Source: Mobula hypostoma
Taxonomy: Eukaryota
Reading direction: 5' to 3'
Length of the DNA stretch: 64,000 nt
Assembly (NCBI RefSeq): GCF_963921235.1
Contig: NC_086108.1
Location: forward strand, 57,352,001-57,416,000
Shown here: positions 1 to 13,289 of the stretch, one piece after another
How positions within the stretch are numbered: the stretch's first letter is position 1
How the letters are laid out: every line of letters starts with the position of its first letter
The notes under the pieces: model-generated
Told to the model about the DNA's origin: nothing
Seen by the model: only the letters and a program-made list of their open reading frames with translations
Databases searched by the model: none
Translations under genes and position numbers: made by a program

Positions 1-340
1 AGACCAATAATTGATTTGGGGACTTCAGGAAAGATATATCAGGAGCACGCATAACTGTCCTCATCGAGGGATCAGCAGTGGTAAGGGTGAGCAGTTTCAG
101 GTTCCTGTGTGTCAACATCTCTGAAGATCTATCCTGCGCCCAACATATTGGTGTAAAGACGAAAAAGACCTCCAGAGGCTATATTTCATTAGGAGGAGAT
201 TTGGTATGTCATCAAAAACTCTGGCTAATTTCTACAGATGTACTGTGGAGAGCATTCTGACTGGTGTGGAGGATCAGAAAAAAACTGCAGAGGGTTGTAA
301 ACTCAGTCAGCTCCTTCATGGGCACTAGCCTCCTCACCAC
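1..340 (+). mobile_element. Rex1/Babar-type LINE 3' fragment
   Basis: Degenerate RT C-terminal sequence (FRFLCVNISEDLSC..HI), similar to other Rex1-like fragments in the window; boundaries approximate. Confidence 0.55.
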
Positions 341-514
341 TGCGGATACAACAGGGTCTTTTAAGAGCCTCTTGGATAGGTACATGGAGCTTAGAAAGAT
401 AGAGGGCAATGCACTAGGGAAATTCTAGGCAGTCTCTAGAGTAGGTTACATGGTCAGCACAACATTGTGGGCCGAAGGGCCTGTAATGTGCTGTAGATGT
501 CTATGTTCTATGTT

Positions 515-985
515 CTACATGTTTCTGGTTAGGGAATACCCAGATCGTCTTGCGAGACACACAGTCCTCCGTGCATTTCCAAATAAAGTCCATGACAGCT
601 GAGGCATACTCATCGAGGTTAGCTGCCGAGTCCTTGAATACTAACCAGTCCACTGATTCAAAACAGTTATGGAAGACCTCATTCGTTTCCTCCATCCAAT
701 ACGACACTACTTTTGACACCGTGACCTCCTGCTTCAGTTTCTGTTTGTAAGCTGGGAGGAGGAGTACGGCCTGATGGTCCGATTTTCCGAAGTGAGGTCG
801 TGGGACGGAACAGTAGGCATCCTTGACTGCTGTGTAGCAGTGGTCAAGTATATTCGGCCCTCTAGTGGGGCAGGAGACATGTTGGTATAACTTTGGCAGC
901 GCCTTTCTGAGGTTGGCCTGGTTAAAGTCCCAGGCTGTAATGTGCAAAGCCTCTGGATACCTGGTCTCAAGTTCACCGGCATGTG
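515..985 (-). mobile_element. Rex1/Babar LINE endonuclease-region fragment
   Basis: ORF 501-989: DFNQANLRKALPKLYQHVSCPTRGPNILDHCY...PHFGKSDH (APE endonuclease C-terminal SDH motif). Confidence 0.75.
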
Positions 986-1985
986 ACATGAAATTTGTTA
1001 ACTTAGCAGCAGCAGTTCAATGCAATACATAATCTAGCAGAGAGAAAAAAATAAAATGATAATAAATAAAATAGTAATAAATAAAAATAATCAATAAACC
1101 AGTAAATCAGTTATGTATATTGTATAGATTAAAAAAGAGTGCAAAAACAGAAATACTGTATATTAAAAAAAAGTGAGGTAGTGTCCAAAGATTCAATGTC
1201 CATTTAGGAATTGGATGGCGGAGGGCAAGAAGCTGTTACTGAATCGCCAAGTGTGTGCCTTCAGGCTTCTGTATCTCCTACCTGATGGTAACAGTGAGAA
1301 AAAGGCATGACCTGGATGCTGGAGGTCCTTAATAATGGACGCTGCCTTTCTGCGACACCGCTCCCTAAAGGTGTTCTGTAGGCTAGTACCTGCTGGAGGA
1401 AGTCACAGAGAAGGGTACAATTACAACGTTGAAAATACATTTGGAAAGGTTCATGGATGGGAAAAGTAAAGAGTGACATGGGCCAAAAGACCTATTTTCT
1501 ATGCAGTATAATGCAGTATAACTCTAGGACTTTGCATACCTGAAGGTCAGTTGTTTTGATAATAATGATCTCAAACAGAGGGACCTCACATTGACATCAT
1601 TTTCATGAAAAAAGTACTGAAATACTGAACTCCAAATTATAAGAGTATAAGAGCCCTGAACATAAGTCAGACAAACGTCAGGAGACTTTGACCAACCTTA
1701 TCACAGAGCCATAAATGATGAATGAAATAAGAAAAAGTCAAAAGGAAAGATTATGTAGTCCTGTGCAGGTTGACTTAGAAATTGCTTAACATAAGGACAA
1801 AATACACTTGTTGTACATAACAGTAGCTAAATTGTAACAACTAATTTTTATATAATTATTATAATCAAACTTATTTTAGAACCATTTTTGAGAGTGTAAT
1901 AGTTTTGTTGATTATTGGTACTGTATTAACATTTATTTGCGATTTTATAAAATGTAATTTCCCTCTAACAGTGATTATATTTCAG

Positions 1986-2510
1986 GTACTCCATTGTCCA
2001 TGAAGCGTATCGTTACATCCGGAACTGGACTGTAAACACAACATGGGCAAAACACACACAGGTTGCAGACACCTGAAGGCCCAGATCCAGCTACTATCCA
2101 GTGAATATTTAGTTGGTGGAATGACTATATGAGATACAGCAATGGGCCAATAACCAGGAAGTGCATTGATATTCCAGCAATGTCAAAACCACCTACAATC
2201 TGAACACCTAAAGAGTAAAACCATTGGTGTGGAGCAGAGTGGCAGTCAGTACTCACTGGATGGAGCATTTCAAAGGTCTGCATGGCCAAAACTATATTTA
2301 ATGTGAGTGTTCCTGACTTATTTCCACAGCACACTATCTGTCACACTCTTAGCATTATCTCCAATATGGTAAGAGGTTGCAAAGGCCATTCATTTGCTGA
2401 TAGCCAAACGTAAAGCCTGTAATGGAAACGTCTGTAAAGGATTGAGAGTCATTGAATGGTTTATTGTACATAATTTTATTTTTGAATAAAGTGCATTTTG
2501 AAATTTAAAA
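1986..2510 (+). other. Possible 3' terminal exon of an unidentified upstream gene
   Basis: tttcag acceptor ending at 1985, non-repetitive-looking sequence, short open frames ending in stops, AATAAA at 2485-2490 followed by an A-run; product not recognised. Confidence 0.25.
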
Positions 2511-2735
2511 AAAAATCATTTGCTGACAGACAGCAAGGCTTTTAGAGCAGATGAAGTTGCTGCTGATTACCAAAACCATTTCCAAGAAAGGAGACACGTC
2601 AGAGTAAAACCATTGGTGTGGAGCAGAGTGGCAGTCAGTGCTCAATGGATGGAGCATTTCAAAGGTCTGCATGGTCAAAACTATATTTAATGTGAGTGTT
2701 CCTGACTCATTTCCACAGCACACTATCTGTCACAC
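2212..2735 (+). repeat. 135-bp direct duplication (2212-2346 and 2601-2735)
   Basis: Two copies of agagtaaaaccattgg...ctatctgtcacac with 4 mismatches counted by eye. Confidence 0.9.
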
Positions 2736-2789
2736 GTCAGGTCTCCTCCCAATAGCCAATGATTCCTCTCACTGTCATAGAGTCCATGC

Positions 2790-5160
2790 CAAACCATTTG
2801 ATTACCTAGTTCCATTGACCAGCACCTGGACCATAGTCCTCCATACCCCTCTCATCAATACAGTATGCCTATCCAAACTTCTCTTAGACAAATCCACCAC
2901 TTGCACTGGCAGTTTATTCCAGACTCTGAGTGAAGAAGTTTCCCCTCATGTTCCTTTTAAACATTTCACCTTTTACCCTTAGCTCATGACCTCTAGCTAT
3001 AGTCTCACCCAACCTCAGTAGGAAAAGCCTGCTTGCGTTTACCTGATCTATACTCATAATTGTGTACACCTCTATTAAATCTTCGCTCATTCTTCACTGC
3101 CTAAGGAATAAAGTGCTAACCTATTCAATCTTTCCTTATAACTCAGGGCCTCCAGTCCTGGCAACATCCTTGTAAATTTTCTCTGTAGTCTTTCAATCTT
3201 ATTTTACATCTTTACTGTAGGTAGATACCCAAAACTGCACTCAGCACTCTCATACCAACATCTCATACAACTCCAACATCACCTCACAACTCCTGTAATC
3301 AATACTTGGATCTATGAAGGCCAATGTACCAAAAACTTTATTTAAAAACTTGCAACACCACTTTCAATGAATTATGGACCTGTATTCCCAGATCCCTTTG
3401 TTCTATTGCACTCCTTAGTGCCCGACCATTCACTGTGTAAAACCTACCCTGGTTGGACCTCCCAAAGTGCAACACCTCACACTTCTCTGCATTAAGTTCC
3501 ATCTGCCATCTTAGCCCATTTTTCCACCTGGCCCCAAATCCCTCTGCAAGTTTTGATAGTCTTCCTCACTGTCCACTAAACCCCCTGTCTTTGTGCTTTC
3601 CTCAAATCTGTTGATCCAGTCACAAACAAGAGAAAATCTGCAGATGCTGGAAATCCGAGCCACACACACAAAATGCTGGAGGAACTCAGTAGGCCAGGCA
3701 GCATCTATGGAAAAACTTACAGTCAACGCTTCGGGCCGAGACCCTTGCCTGAAGCGTCAACTGTACTTTTTTTTCCATTGATGCTGCCTGGCCTGCTGAG
3801 TTCCACCAGCATTTTGTGTGCGATAACCTGTTTGTCATCCAGATCGTTGATATAGGTGGCAAACAATAGTGGACCCAGTACCGATCCCTGCAGCACTCCA
3901 CTAGTCGGACGGGCAACCATCTATTATCACTCTGTGACTTCTCATCTTGAATGACAAGCGACTGAACCTTCCTGACCAGCCTCCCATGTGGAACCTTGTC
4001 AAATGCCTTACTATAGTCCATCAAGACAACAACCACTGCCCTGCTTTCATCAACTTTCTTGGTAACTTTCTCAAAAAGCTCTACAAGATTGGTTAGACAT
4101 GACCTACCATGCACAAAGCCATGCCCACTATTCCTAATCAGTCCATGTCTTTCATATATCCGGTCGCTTAGAATACCTTTCAATAACTTTCCCACTACTG
4201 ATGTCAGGCTCACTGGCCTATAATTTCCTGGTTTACTTTTAGAGCCTTTCTTAAACAGCGTAACAACATTAGCTATCCTCCAATCCTCTGGTACCTCAAC
4301 TGTCACTAAGGATGATTTAAATATCTCTGCTAGAGCCCCTGAAGCTTCTACACTTGCATCTCACAGAGGCAAGGTGAGATGCAAGTGTCCTTGTCAGGCC
4401 CTGGAGCTTAATCCAGCTTGATTTGCCTCAGGACAGTAAACCCCCCCCCCCCCCTTATCTGTACAGGGTCCATGACCTTGCTGCTGCTTTGCGTCACTTC
4501 TATAGACTCTGTGTCCGTCCTGCAAGTAAACAGGTGGAAAAAATCCAGTTAAGATCTTCCCATCCCTTTTGGCCTCATGCATAGATTACCATTCTGATCT
4601 TCCAGATAATCAATTTGCTTTTAACATATTTGTAGAAGCCCTTAGAACTCTCCTTCACCTTGTCTCTGAGAGCTACCTTGTGCCTTCTTTTATCCCTACT
4701 GATTTCTTTCTTGAGTGTTCTCTTGTATTTGTTACATGCTTCAAGTACCTCATTTGTTCCTACCTGCCTATAATGGCTATGCACCTCCATGTTATTCTTA
4801 ACCAGAGACTCAATATCTCTCGAAAACCGAGGCTCCCTAAACCTGTTATCTTTGCCATTTATTCTGACAGGTACATACAAGCTTTGTACTCTCAAAATTT
4901 CACTTTTGAAGGCCTCCCACTTACCAGGCACACCTTTGCCAGAAAGCAGCCTGTCCCAATCCACACTTGCCAGATCCTTTCTGATACCATCAAAATTGGC
5001 CTTTCTCCAATTTAGAATCTCAACCCGAGAAGCAGTCCTATCTTTTTTCCATAATTTTTTTGAGACTAATGGCATTATGATCACAAGATAAAAAGTGTTC
5101 CCCGACATAAACTTCTGTCACCTGCTCTGTCTCCTTCACTATTAGGAGGTCAAGTATTGC
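2790..5160 (-). mobile_element. CR1-clade LINE, decayed ORF2
   Basis: ORFs 3686-4306 (PEDWRIANV..LFKKG..PGNYRPVSLTSVVGK, MDYSKAFDKVPH), 3723-3920 (SGVLQGSVLGPLLF..YINDLD), 4575-5108 (LNWRKANFDGIR). Confidence 0.85.
3624..3820. mobile_element. Penelope-derived terminal-repeat fragment in inverted (hairpin) arrangement
   Basis: aatctgcagatgctgg...cacacaaaatgctgg...ggccaggcagcatc followed by its reverse complement; similar to the 3' end of the Penelope element at 17673-18869. Confidence 0.7.
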
Positions 5161-5186
5161 ACACACTCTCAATTACATTCTCTCTT

Positions 5187-5865
5187 GCGGGAAGATGGTG
5201 GCGTAACACAGCTCGCAGTGGCCACCCCGGTGGTGATGTCTGTTGTTTGTCAAGTAGTGCCATGCACAATCCTGATTTGATGGAGACGGACGTGAGAGCA
5301 CAGAGGAATATCTGGTGAAACTTCTGAAATGCCTGCTTCGCTGCTGCTGCTACTGTGTGGTCCAGAATCTCCGGAGGAGAAGGCCCCGAGTCCTCGGCTT
5401 TGCTTGTTGCTCGGCGGCCAGGGCGGGGTCGAAGTGCTCGCCAGAGGATGGTGCTTGGAGAGACTGCGTCAGAGGGGCTGGTCGGAGGCTCGAAGTTTTC
5501 AGATGGACCCAGAGCCCACTGCGGTCAGGAGCTTCCAATGGTGCTGCATTGGCGAGTTGGCGGCGCTTGGAGGTTCATGGCAGGGAGAGTTCCTCCCTTC
5601 TGCTGCCTGCATGGGATGATAAGTCTATCGGGAGTTTGAGACTTTTTTTTACCGTGCCCATGGTCTGCTTTTTATCAAATTATGGTATTGCTTTGCACTG
5701 TTGTAACTATATGTTATAATTATGTGGTTTTGTCAGTTTTAGTCTTGGTTTGTCCTGTGTTTTCTTGTGATATCATTCTGGAGGAACGTTGTATCATTTT
5801 TTAATACATGCATTTCTAAATGACAATAAACGAAAACTGAACTGACCTGAACTGAACTGAACTCA
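5187..5865 (+). mobile_element. Non-autonomous retroposon (GC-rich head, AATAAA, (ACTGA)n tail)
   Basis: Head aagatggtggcg..., CpG-rich body, tail aatgacaataaac followed by actga repeats as in Rex1-like 3' ends; no credible protein. Confidence 0.5.
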
Positions 5866-5964
5866 GTCACAATTTAAAATCTGTCCATCAAGGTGTACTG
5901 CAAGCAGGATCTTCTCTGCACAATAAATCCAACAAAAAAAGTCAGGCAGTAGCACCATAAAGAT

Positions 5965-6178
5965 ATGAGACTCTGTGGATGCTGGAAATCCGGAGCAATA
6001 CACACTAAATTCTGGAGAAACTCAGCAGGTGAAGCAGTATCTATGGAAATGAATAAGCAGTTGATGTTTTGGCTGAGACCCTTCGTCAGGTCTCAGCCCA
6101 AAGCATTTGACTGTTTATTCATTTCCATAGATGCTGCCTGATACTGCTGATTCCTCCAGCATTCCGGTGTGTTGCTTA
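5965..6178. mobile_element. Older Penelope terminal-repeat hairpin fragment
   Basis: gatgctggaaatc...cagcagg..gcagtatctatggaaatgaataa with reverse-complement arm ttattcatttccatagatgctgcc. Confidence 0.65.
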
Positions 6179-6369
6179 GGCAGCAGCACCCATCACTAAA
6201 CAAGACCTTTGCAAACTTTGCAAAAGACTTTAACTAAGAGGGAATAAGCAGAAAACCTCTAAAGTTTGGACTTTCTGAGAAACTCATTAACATGCTACTT
6301 CTACTATGTGATGACATGACAGCCTTAATGCAAATCAACAGATCTATAAACATACTTAAACTCAGTGCG

Positions 6370-7400
6370 GACAGGAGTCAAACAAGATTGTGTCTTCGCA
6401 TTGTTACGTACCCCGTAACTGGGTTGCCAAACCAGCAGAAATAGATCACTCAGTTGGAGTCTGGATTACTAGAACTAAGAAAGTTTTATTAAAGAAACAA
6501 GCAACACAGTAATTGAAAGGATAATAAATGCAACAGTTCAGCAATGGTAAACACACATGTGCACAGAATTAAGATAACAGGATCAATCAAGCTCTATCGT
6601 TGTCTAGGGGTAAATGACCAGTTTCAAAGTGACACAAAGTTCAGTCCAATTTAGTTCAGTTCGCAGTAATCGTTGCCATGGCGATGGACAATGTGGGGGG
6701 AGGGAGAGAGAGAACGAAAACGACTGATCATTCAGAAACGGCTTCCACTCACAGACCGGCGAGATGGCTCACAAGCAGCTTTCGGGCAGGTCGTTTGTGA
6801 TGTCACCTGAGGTCACCGACTGTGACCCCTCCTCCAGATGCGGTCGATCCTCTGCAGTGAACCCGGCACCCAAGCGAGGGTGGACACACACTGGGTTCCC
6901 GCTGATCGTACCTTTCCATCCAGTGTGTTTATGGTCCGGTACTTCCCACCAACTCGTGAGAGGCGCACCGCTTCCAGGGTCTCGTTACCTCGGGTGTCGT
7001 GTGTGTGTCCTGCCTTAGCGAACCTGTCCCTTTTTATCCCCCTGCTGGGGTATCGCCTGTCCATCACTTCAAACAGTTCAGGGTTCTAAGGGGGAGCCGC
7101 TCTAGACAGCTCTCTCTCCCGTCCCTTCATTACACATCTCCAGATGCTGCTTCATTGTTCCTTATCTCTCCTTCCCCTGAGGACAGGTGGCAGACCACTG
7201 CTGATGCCACTGGTGCAAGCCCAGGCCAGCAAACATCTTAATTTATGTGTATTCTCGTCACAGCATCAACCCTCTTCTCAATCTTTCTTGATGAAATGCT
7301 CCAACTCGTCTCCAAGCCTTCATCTGGAGTAAAGTTTATCTACAGCACAAGTGGAAAACTGTTTAATCTTAAATCATCTCCACTCCAGAATAACCTGCCA
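6370..7400 (+). mobile_element. RTE-clade LINE RT fragment split by a solo LTR
   Basis: GVKQDCVFA | STLFSIFLDEML...GVKFIYSTSGKLFNL reads through once the LTR and one TSD copy are removed. Confidence 0.55.
6402..7262 (-). mobile_element. Solo LTR (Gypsy-like)
   Basis: TGTTACG...CGTCACA termini, 4-bp TSD GCAT (6398-6401, 7263-7266), minus-strand AATAAA near 6485. Confidence 0.8.
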
Positions 7401-7867
7401 TCAGTATACATTATGTAACAAACACTTGCACAGGTTACTTGGAAAATGATCTTCAATTAATTTATGATTCTTTATTTCTAGATCGATCTCTTCAGTCTCC
7501 TTGGAAGCAAGTCATCCTCAATCATGAATGATTGTCTCATAAAACAATGGGTAAATTCTATACCAGCCACTCCCAATGACTTCTTTAAAATGGCTTACAT
7601 GACTGAGTGACTGAGTGGGAGAGATGAAGAGTGGGGCTTGCTAGGTGCAGTTCTGAATCCAGGGAGGATGTGGTGAAGCTGATTGGGGTTGGAGCGAAGG
7701 ACTGAGCCTGCTGTTAGGAGTTTTCCCTCAGGCAGGAAGAGAGGGTAGAGATGGCCGGAAGCAATGGAGAAGAAGGAGGTAAAAGACAGGAAGTTGTATT
7801 GGGTGATGGGAGTTGTATGCAGGATAGCGAATGGCCAGTTTCTGGGAAATGGAAAAGTAGTCGACAT

Positions 7868-9140
7868 GGACGTTCGAATGCTGTTCATAGACTTCAGTTC
7901 AGCATTCAACACAATCATTCCTCAGCACCTGATTGGAAAGCTGAAACTGCTGGGCCTGAACACCTCCCTCTGCAACTGGATCCTAGACTTCCTGACTGGG
8001 AGACCTCAGTCAGTCCGGATCAGGAGCAGCATCTCCAACACCATCACACTGAGCACAGGAGCCCCCCAGGGCTGTGTGCTCAGTCCACTGTTGTTCACTC
8101 TGCTGACCCACGACTGTGCAGCAATACACAGCTCGAATCACATCATCAAGTTCGCCGATGACACAACCGTGGTGGGTCTCGTCAGCAAGAACAACGAGTC
8201 AGCATACAGAGAGGGGGTGCAGCGGCTAACGGACCGGTGCAGAGCCAACAACCTGTCTCTGAATGTGAACAAAACAAAAGAGATGGTTGTTGACTTCAGG
8301 AGGGCACGGAGCGACCACTCTCCGCTGAACATTGACGGCTCCTCTGTTGAGATCATTAAGGTAAAGCAAATTTCTTGGTGTTCACCTGGCGGAGAGTCTC
8401 ACCTGGTCCCTCCATAGCCAAGAAAGCCCAGCAGCGTCTCTACTTTCTGTGAAGGCTGAGAAAAGTCCATCTCCCACCCCCCATCCTCACCACATTCCAC
8501 AGAAGATGTATTGAGAGCATCCTGAGCAGCAGCATTATTGTCTGGTTCGGGAATTACACCGTCTCGGATCGCAAGACCCTGCAGCGGATAGTGAGCTCCC
8601 CTGAGAAGATCATCGGGGTCTCTCTTCCCGCCATTACAGACATTTACACCACACGCGGCATCCGTAAAGTCAACAGCATTGTGTAGGACCCCACGCACCC
8701 CTCATACAAACTTTTCTCCCTCCTGCCATCTGGCAAAAGGTATCAAAGCATTCGGGCTCTCATGACCAGACCGTACAACAGCTTCTTCCCCCAAGCCATC
8801 AGACTCCTTAATACCCAGAGTCTAGACTGACATCTACATCATTTATTATTATATTGTAATTTGTCCTCTACTGTGCCTATTGTCTTGTTTATTATCTATT
8901 TTACTGCCCTGCACTGTGCCCTTTATGTAGTCCTGTGTAGGTCTGTAGTCTAGTGTAGTTTTCTGTGTTGTTTTATGTAGTCTGACGTAGCCTTGTGTTG
9001 TCTCACTTAGTCTAGTGTAGTTTTGTGTTGTTTCATGTAGCACCATGGTCCTGGAGGAACATTGTTTCATTTTTACTGTGTACTGTACCAGCAGTTTATG
9101 GTCGAAATAACAATTAAAAAGTGACTTGACTTGATTTGAG
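7868..9140 (+). mobile_element. Rex1/Babar LINE, 5'-truncated (RT and 3' UTR)
   Basis: [44 protein letters not shown]; frameshift near 8360; tail gacttgacttga. Confidence 0.9.
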
Positions 9141-10786
9141 TATTGTAGTAGCTTATTGTGCAGTGATGAAGACAGTAGACAGAATTTAAATAAAAGAAGG
9201 AAGGAAGAGTTTAAGGTTTTATTGAGGTTTGAATGTGGTCCTGTTTCTGATATCAATTCAATTAGATTAGATAAGGATAAAAAAAAAATCATTAGGAGAT
9301 ATTGTGGGTGCAAAACCTTTAAGAGATTGAGCACTCTTAGTGTTTTGTAAAGATAGTAAACAATGTGAAAAAGCTTTGGGTTTAAAAGCTGTGGCAGGCA
9401 GGAAAGTAAGACCAATAAATTATATTGAATGACAGTGGCTTTAGGGAGTAATCACAGGAGTGCCTCCAGATGTATCTATGGACCAAGTTAAAAATAATTT
9501 AATTGGGGGAAAAGTAGAGGATGCTAAACATTTAAAAGGGTTTTGTGGTGCGGTTGGAACAGATAGCTTATTGGAATTGATTAAATTTGATCAAAAAGAG
9601 TTGCAGTTAGGGCTAATTTAGGTTACTAGTTATATAGTTTGCGCACCCTCTGAGATGATTTCCATGACAGAAATTTGGTCCTGTGTGTAAGGGTAAAATC
9701 TGGTGGAGGACATGACTATGACAATTTTGGAGAGTAGTTCTCCAAATTGTAGCAACCGTGGAGAAGAAGATAGCTCTGCTTATGCAGGGTGCCTGTATAT
9801 AAGAAACCTGTGGAAGTGCAGTGTGTTTGGGTGGAAATGGGCATATTATATGCAGAGGCTCAGCAGAAAGTACAGAAGGCTGTGTCAATGAGACATATTC
9901 ATATACAGATTACAGATATTTTAAGGACAGTGTGTAAAGTGCATAATTGTATAACAAAGGATTCACTGATTGCTGATAAACTGAAGTTTGTCACTTTCAT
10001 GGCAGATGTGGTCATTTGTACAGTACAAACTAAAAGCCGGACAGGAAAATTACAATTATATTAAAAGTTTCAGAAAAACAGCTAGAGATTAAAGACTTAA
10101 CTCTAGAGGTTATTAATGATTCGTTATATGGATGAGTAAATAATGTTCAGCCTTCAAAGGAGGGTTGATGTTTCTTTTTAATCCTACAATGGAACACTAG
10201 AAGCCTTTTAGCTAAGAGTTTTAAAAAACATTGAAGATTTACCAAATTAACCTGATCTTACATATACGCAGGAAAGCTTGTTGAAATATTATCTAAGTTT
10301 TAAGATACAAGCTTATGTTGATATATGATGTGATCAGAAAATGGGCATTGGAGGAGGAGTGGCTACCTTTGTCAAAAATGGGATAGCACACAGAGCTGTG
10401 AAAGGTTAACAGCTGATGTATTGGAAAATGGGAAAAATAAGGTGATATGGTGAGAGGATTTTAATTTTCATAGTACTATGTGGGGTTGTAGTGTCACAAA
10501 TTCAAGTGGGATGGTGGTGGAAGACTTTCTGGAGGAAAAGTATTTGGTGAGCTTGAATGATAGTAGGAGCAAAAGGATAAGACTATTTAACAACACCGTT
10601 TCTGCTATAGATCCTACACTGGTATCTGAGGATGTAGCAATGGTGTGTTATTGGTAAGTATATAATGATACAACAATGGGGAGTGATCATTTCCTCATTA
10701 TCTGTACAATGGAAATAGATGAGTATCAGAGCAAAGGTTCTCAATTCTCCAGATGAAATTTTAAAAAGACAAATTGGGATATATTT

Positions 10787-10969
10787 AAAAACGCAAACAC
10801 AAGGAAATCTGCAGATGCTGGAATTTCAAGCAACACACACAAAAAATGCTGGTGAACGCAGCAGGCCAGGCAGCATCTATAGGAAGAGGTACAGTCGACG
10901 TTTACTGTACCTCTTCCTATAAATGCTGCCTGGCCTGCTGCATTCACCAGCATTTTTTGTGTGTGTTGC
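10787..10969. mobile_element. Penelope terminal-repeat hairpin insertion
   Basis: About 68-bp inverted arms (10828-10895, 10904-10971); TSD ttgggat(a/g)tattt at 10774-10786 and 10970-10982. Confidence 0.8.
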
Positions 10970-13289
10970 TTGGGATGTATTTGATGATTTATGTGAAAAT
11001 AGACTTCCTGATTTGGTTTTGAGGGATATCAAGTTGAGTAATAGTACCTTTTGCTCTGTACTCAACTCAATAGCTAAGGAATCAATTCCCAGATTGTTGG
11101 GAGATGAATGAATATAAAAGAGCTGTGAAGGAAGGGAATAGAGCTTTTCGGAAAGTTAGGCAATGTTACTCCTATTCATCTTTCATACAATATAAAAGAG
11201 CTCAAGCTATAGTTAGAAAAATAGTGAGAAGGGCAAAGAAAATGTATTGGAGACCCTATTGTGATAGCATTGGGAAAGAGATCCAGGTAGGAGGAGTTTG
11301 GGGTATGATACAGAAAATGGGGTGATAGAAAACTTGATGTATTGCTGGTTTTGTATGGTGGCGAGAAGGTTGCAGTTACTGACTCTGAAAGAGCTGAGTT
11401 ATTAGCAAAAACATGTCAGTGCTTAGTCAATTTAAATAAAGAAGAGAGGTCTTACAGAAAAACAGTTTTGGCAAGCAATCCTCAGATTGCTGGGAAAAGG
11501 AATTTTCCAATTCCTGCATAGATGCCAAATTTACACTGTCTGAACTTAAAAAGGCTATTAATGGTGCTGGTCAGGCATCATCTATAGAATATGATACTTG
11601 TTATAATATGCTTACACAGTTATCGGATTTGAAACGTTCGTTTTGAAATTCTTTATTACAATATGGGTTGAAGGACGACTTCCTGCTTCCTGGAAATTAG
11701 TGGTTGTTATCCCTATATTGAAACCTAGTGAGGATCAATCAGATATAAATTTATTTTGTTAACTTCACATGTCTGTAAGATAATGGAGTGAATAGTTATA
11801 ACAAGGCTTTTTTATTTTGTGGAACTAGTGAAAAATTAGCTGAATACCAATTTAGATTTTATAATGGGGAAATGACCATGGATTCACAGTTATTGGGAAT
11901 CCAATACTTATCAGGCCAAAGTTAGTAATGAATGAGTGGTAGCAGTTTTCTTTGATGTAGAGAAAGCTTATGATATGTTATAGAAAGCAAGATTGCTGCA
12001 TAGGCTGGACAAGATGGGAATATGTGGTAGAATGTTCAAATGAATTCAAGACTTTTTATGTGATAGAAAGATACAAGTTAGGGTGGGGACACCAGTCTCT
12101 AAGGAGTATGAGATAGAGAATGGGACTTCACAGGGAAGTGTTTGTAGTCCATTCCTTTTTAATATTATATATTAAATATTGGCTCAGATATTTCCAAATC
12201 GTTATAATGCTGATGATGGTGCAGTGTGGAAGAGAGGCAGGAATATAAATTATATAGTTAGGAAAATGCAGTACAATGAAATACATAATAAATAAATATA
12301 GAGGAAAAAATGAATTACAGTAAGTGTTTATATATCTATTAAATAATTGTTAAAATAAGTTGTAAAAAAAGAAATAAAAAAGTATTGAGGTAGTGCTCAT
12401 GGGTTCAATGTCCATTCGGAAATCAGATGGCAGAGGGGAAGAAGCTGTCCCTGAATCGCTGATGGACAAAAGGCATGGAGGGTGCATGTGAATAAAATTC
12501 TGGAGAAGTGTAAAAACTTCTTAATGTGCTCAGGTGCTTAGCTTGGTGTGATTGGGTTGCGAGTAGGAGGTCACTTAAATAAATGTATATCTTTCTTTGA
12601 TTACGGATGTGTTGCTTATGGGTCAACCTCACCAAGTGGTCTTAAAGCCCCTAGATAAAGTTCAAGCTCAAGAAGTGAGATTATGTTGTGGTGCCATTAA
12701 ATCATCCCCACTTTCAGCATAACTGGTAGAAATGGGTGAAATACCTTTACATCTACGCAGGTTACAGTTAGTATTGCTTTATTGGGTTAATATAAGAGGA
12801 CATAAGAGAGTATTGGGAGCACTGTATTCATAAGGCCTTCAGTTTTGGCTGGATGGGAAATGAATGGGGACAAAATCTTGTGTTGTTCAACGTGCATTAT
12901 GGTCCCAGTGGACCCCTTTCTGTCAACTCCTCCATGGTTTTACCTTTGCCTGTGGTTGATTTGAGCTTTTAGGAAAAGATCAATGCTTATCAATGACACA
13001 GCAAGAATGCAAGGCAGATATAATGGATTCTTTCATATCTACACAGATGGTGCAAAAGATCCAGTGACAAGTCGTACAGGTGCTTCTGTTTCTGTTGCAA
13101 AGTTTCAGGTAACTATTAAGAAAAGATTATCAGACTAAGTATCAGTATTCATGTCTGAGATGGTTGCTATCATTTTAGCCTTGGAATGGATCAAACAAGT
13201 ACAGCCTGATTATGTATTTCTGTAAACACGAGGAAATCTGCAGATGCTGGAAATTCAAGCAACACACACAAAAAATGCTGGTGCTGACG

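Noticed and set aside
8900..9045. Degenerate tandem repeats and minus-strand ORF 8849-9415
   Set aside because: Low-complexity 3' UTR of the Rex1/Babar element
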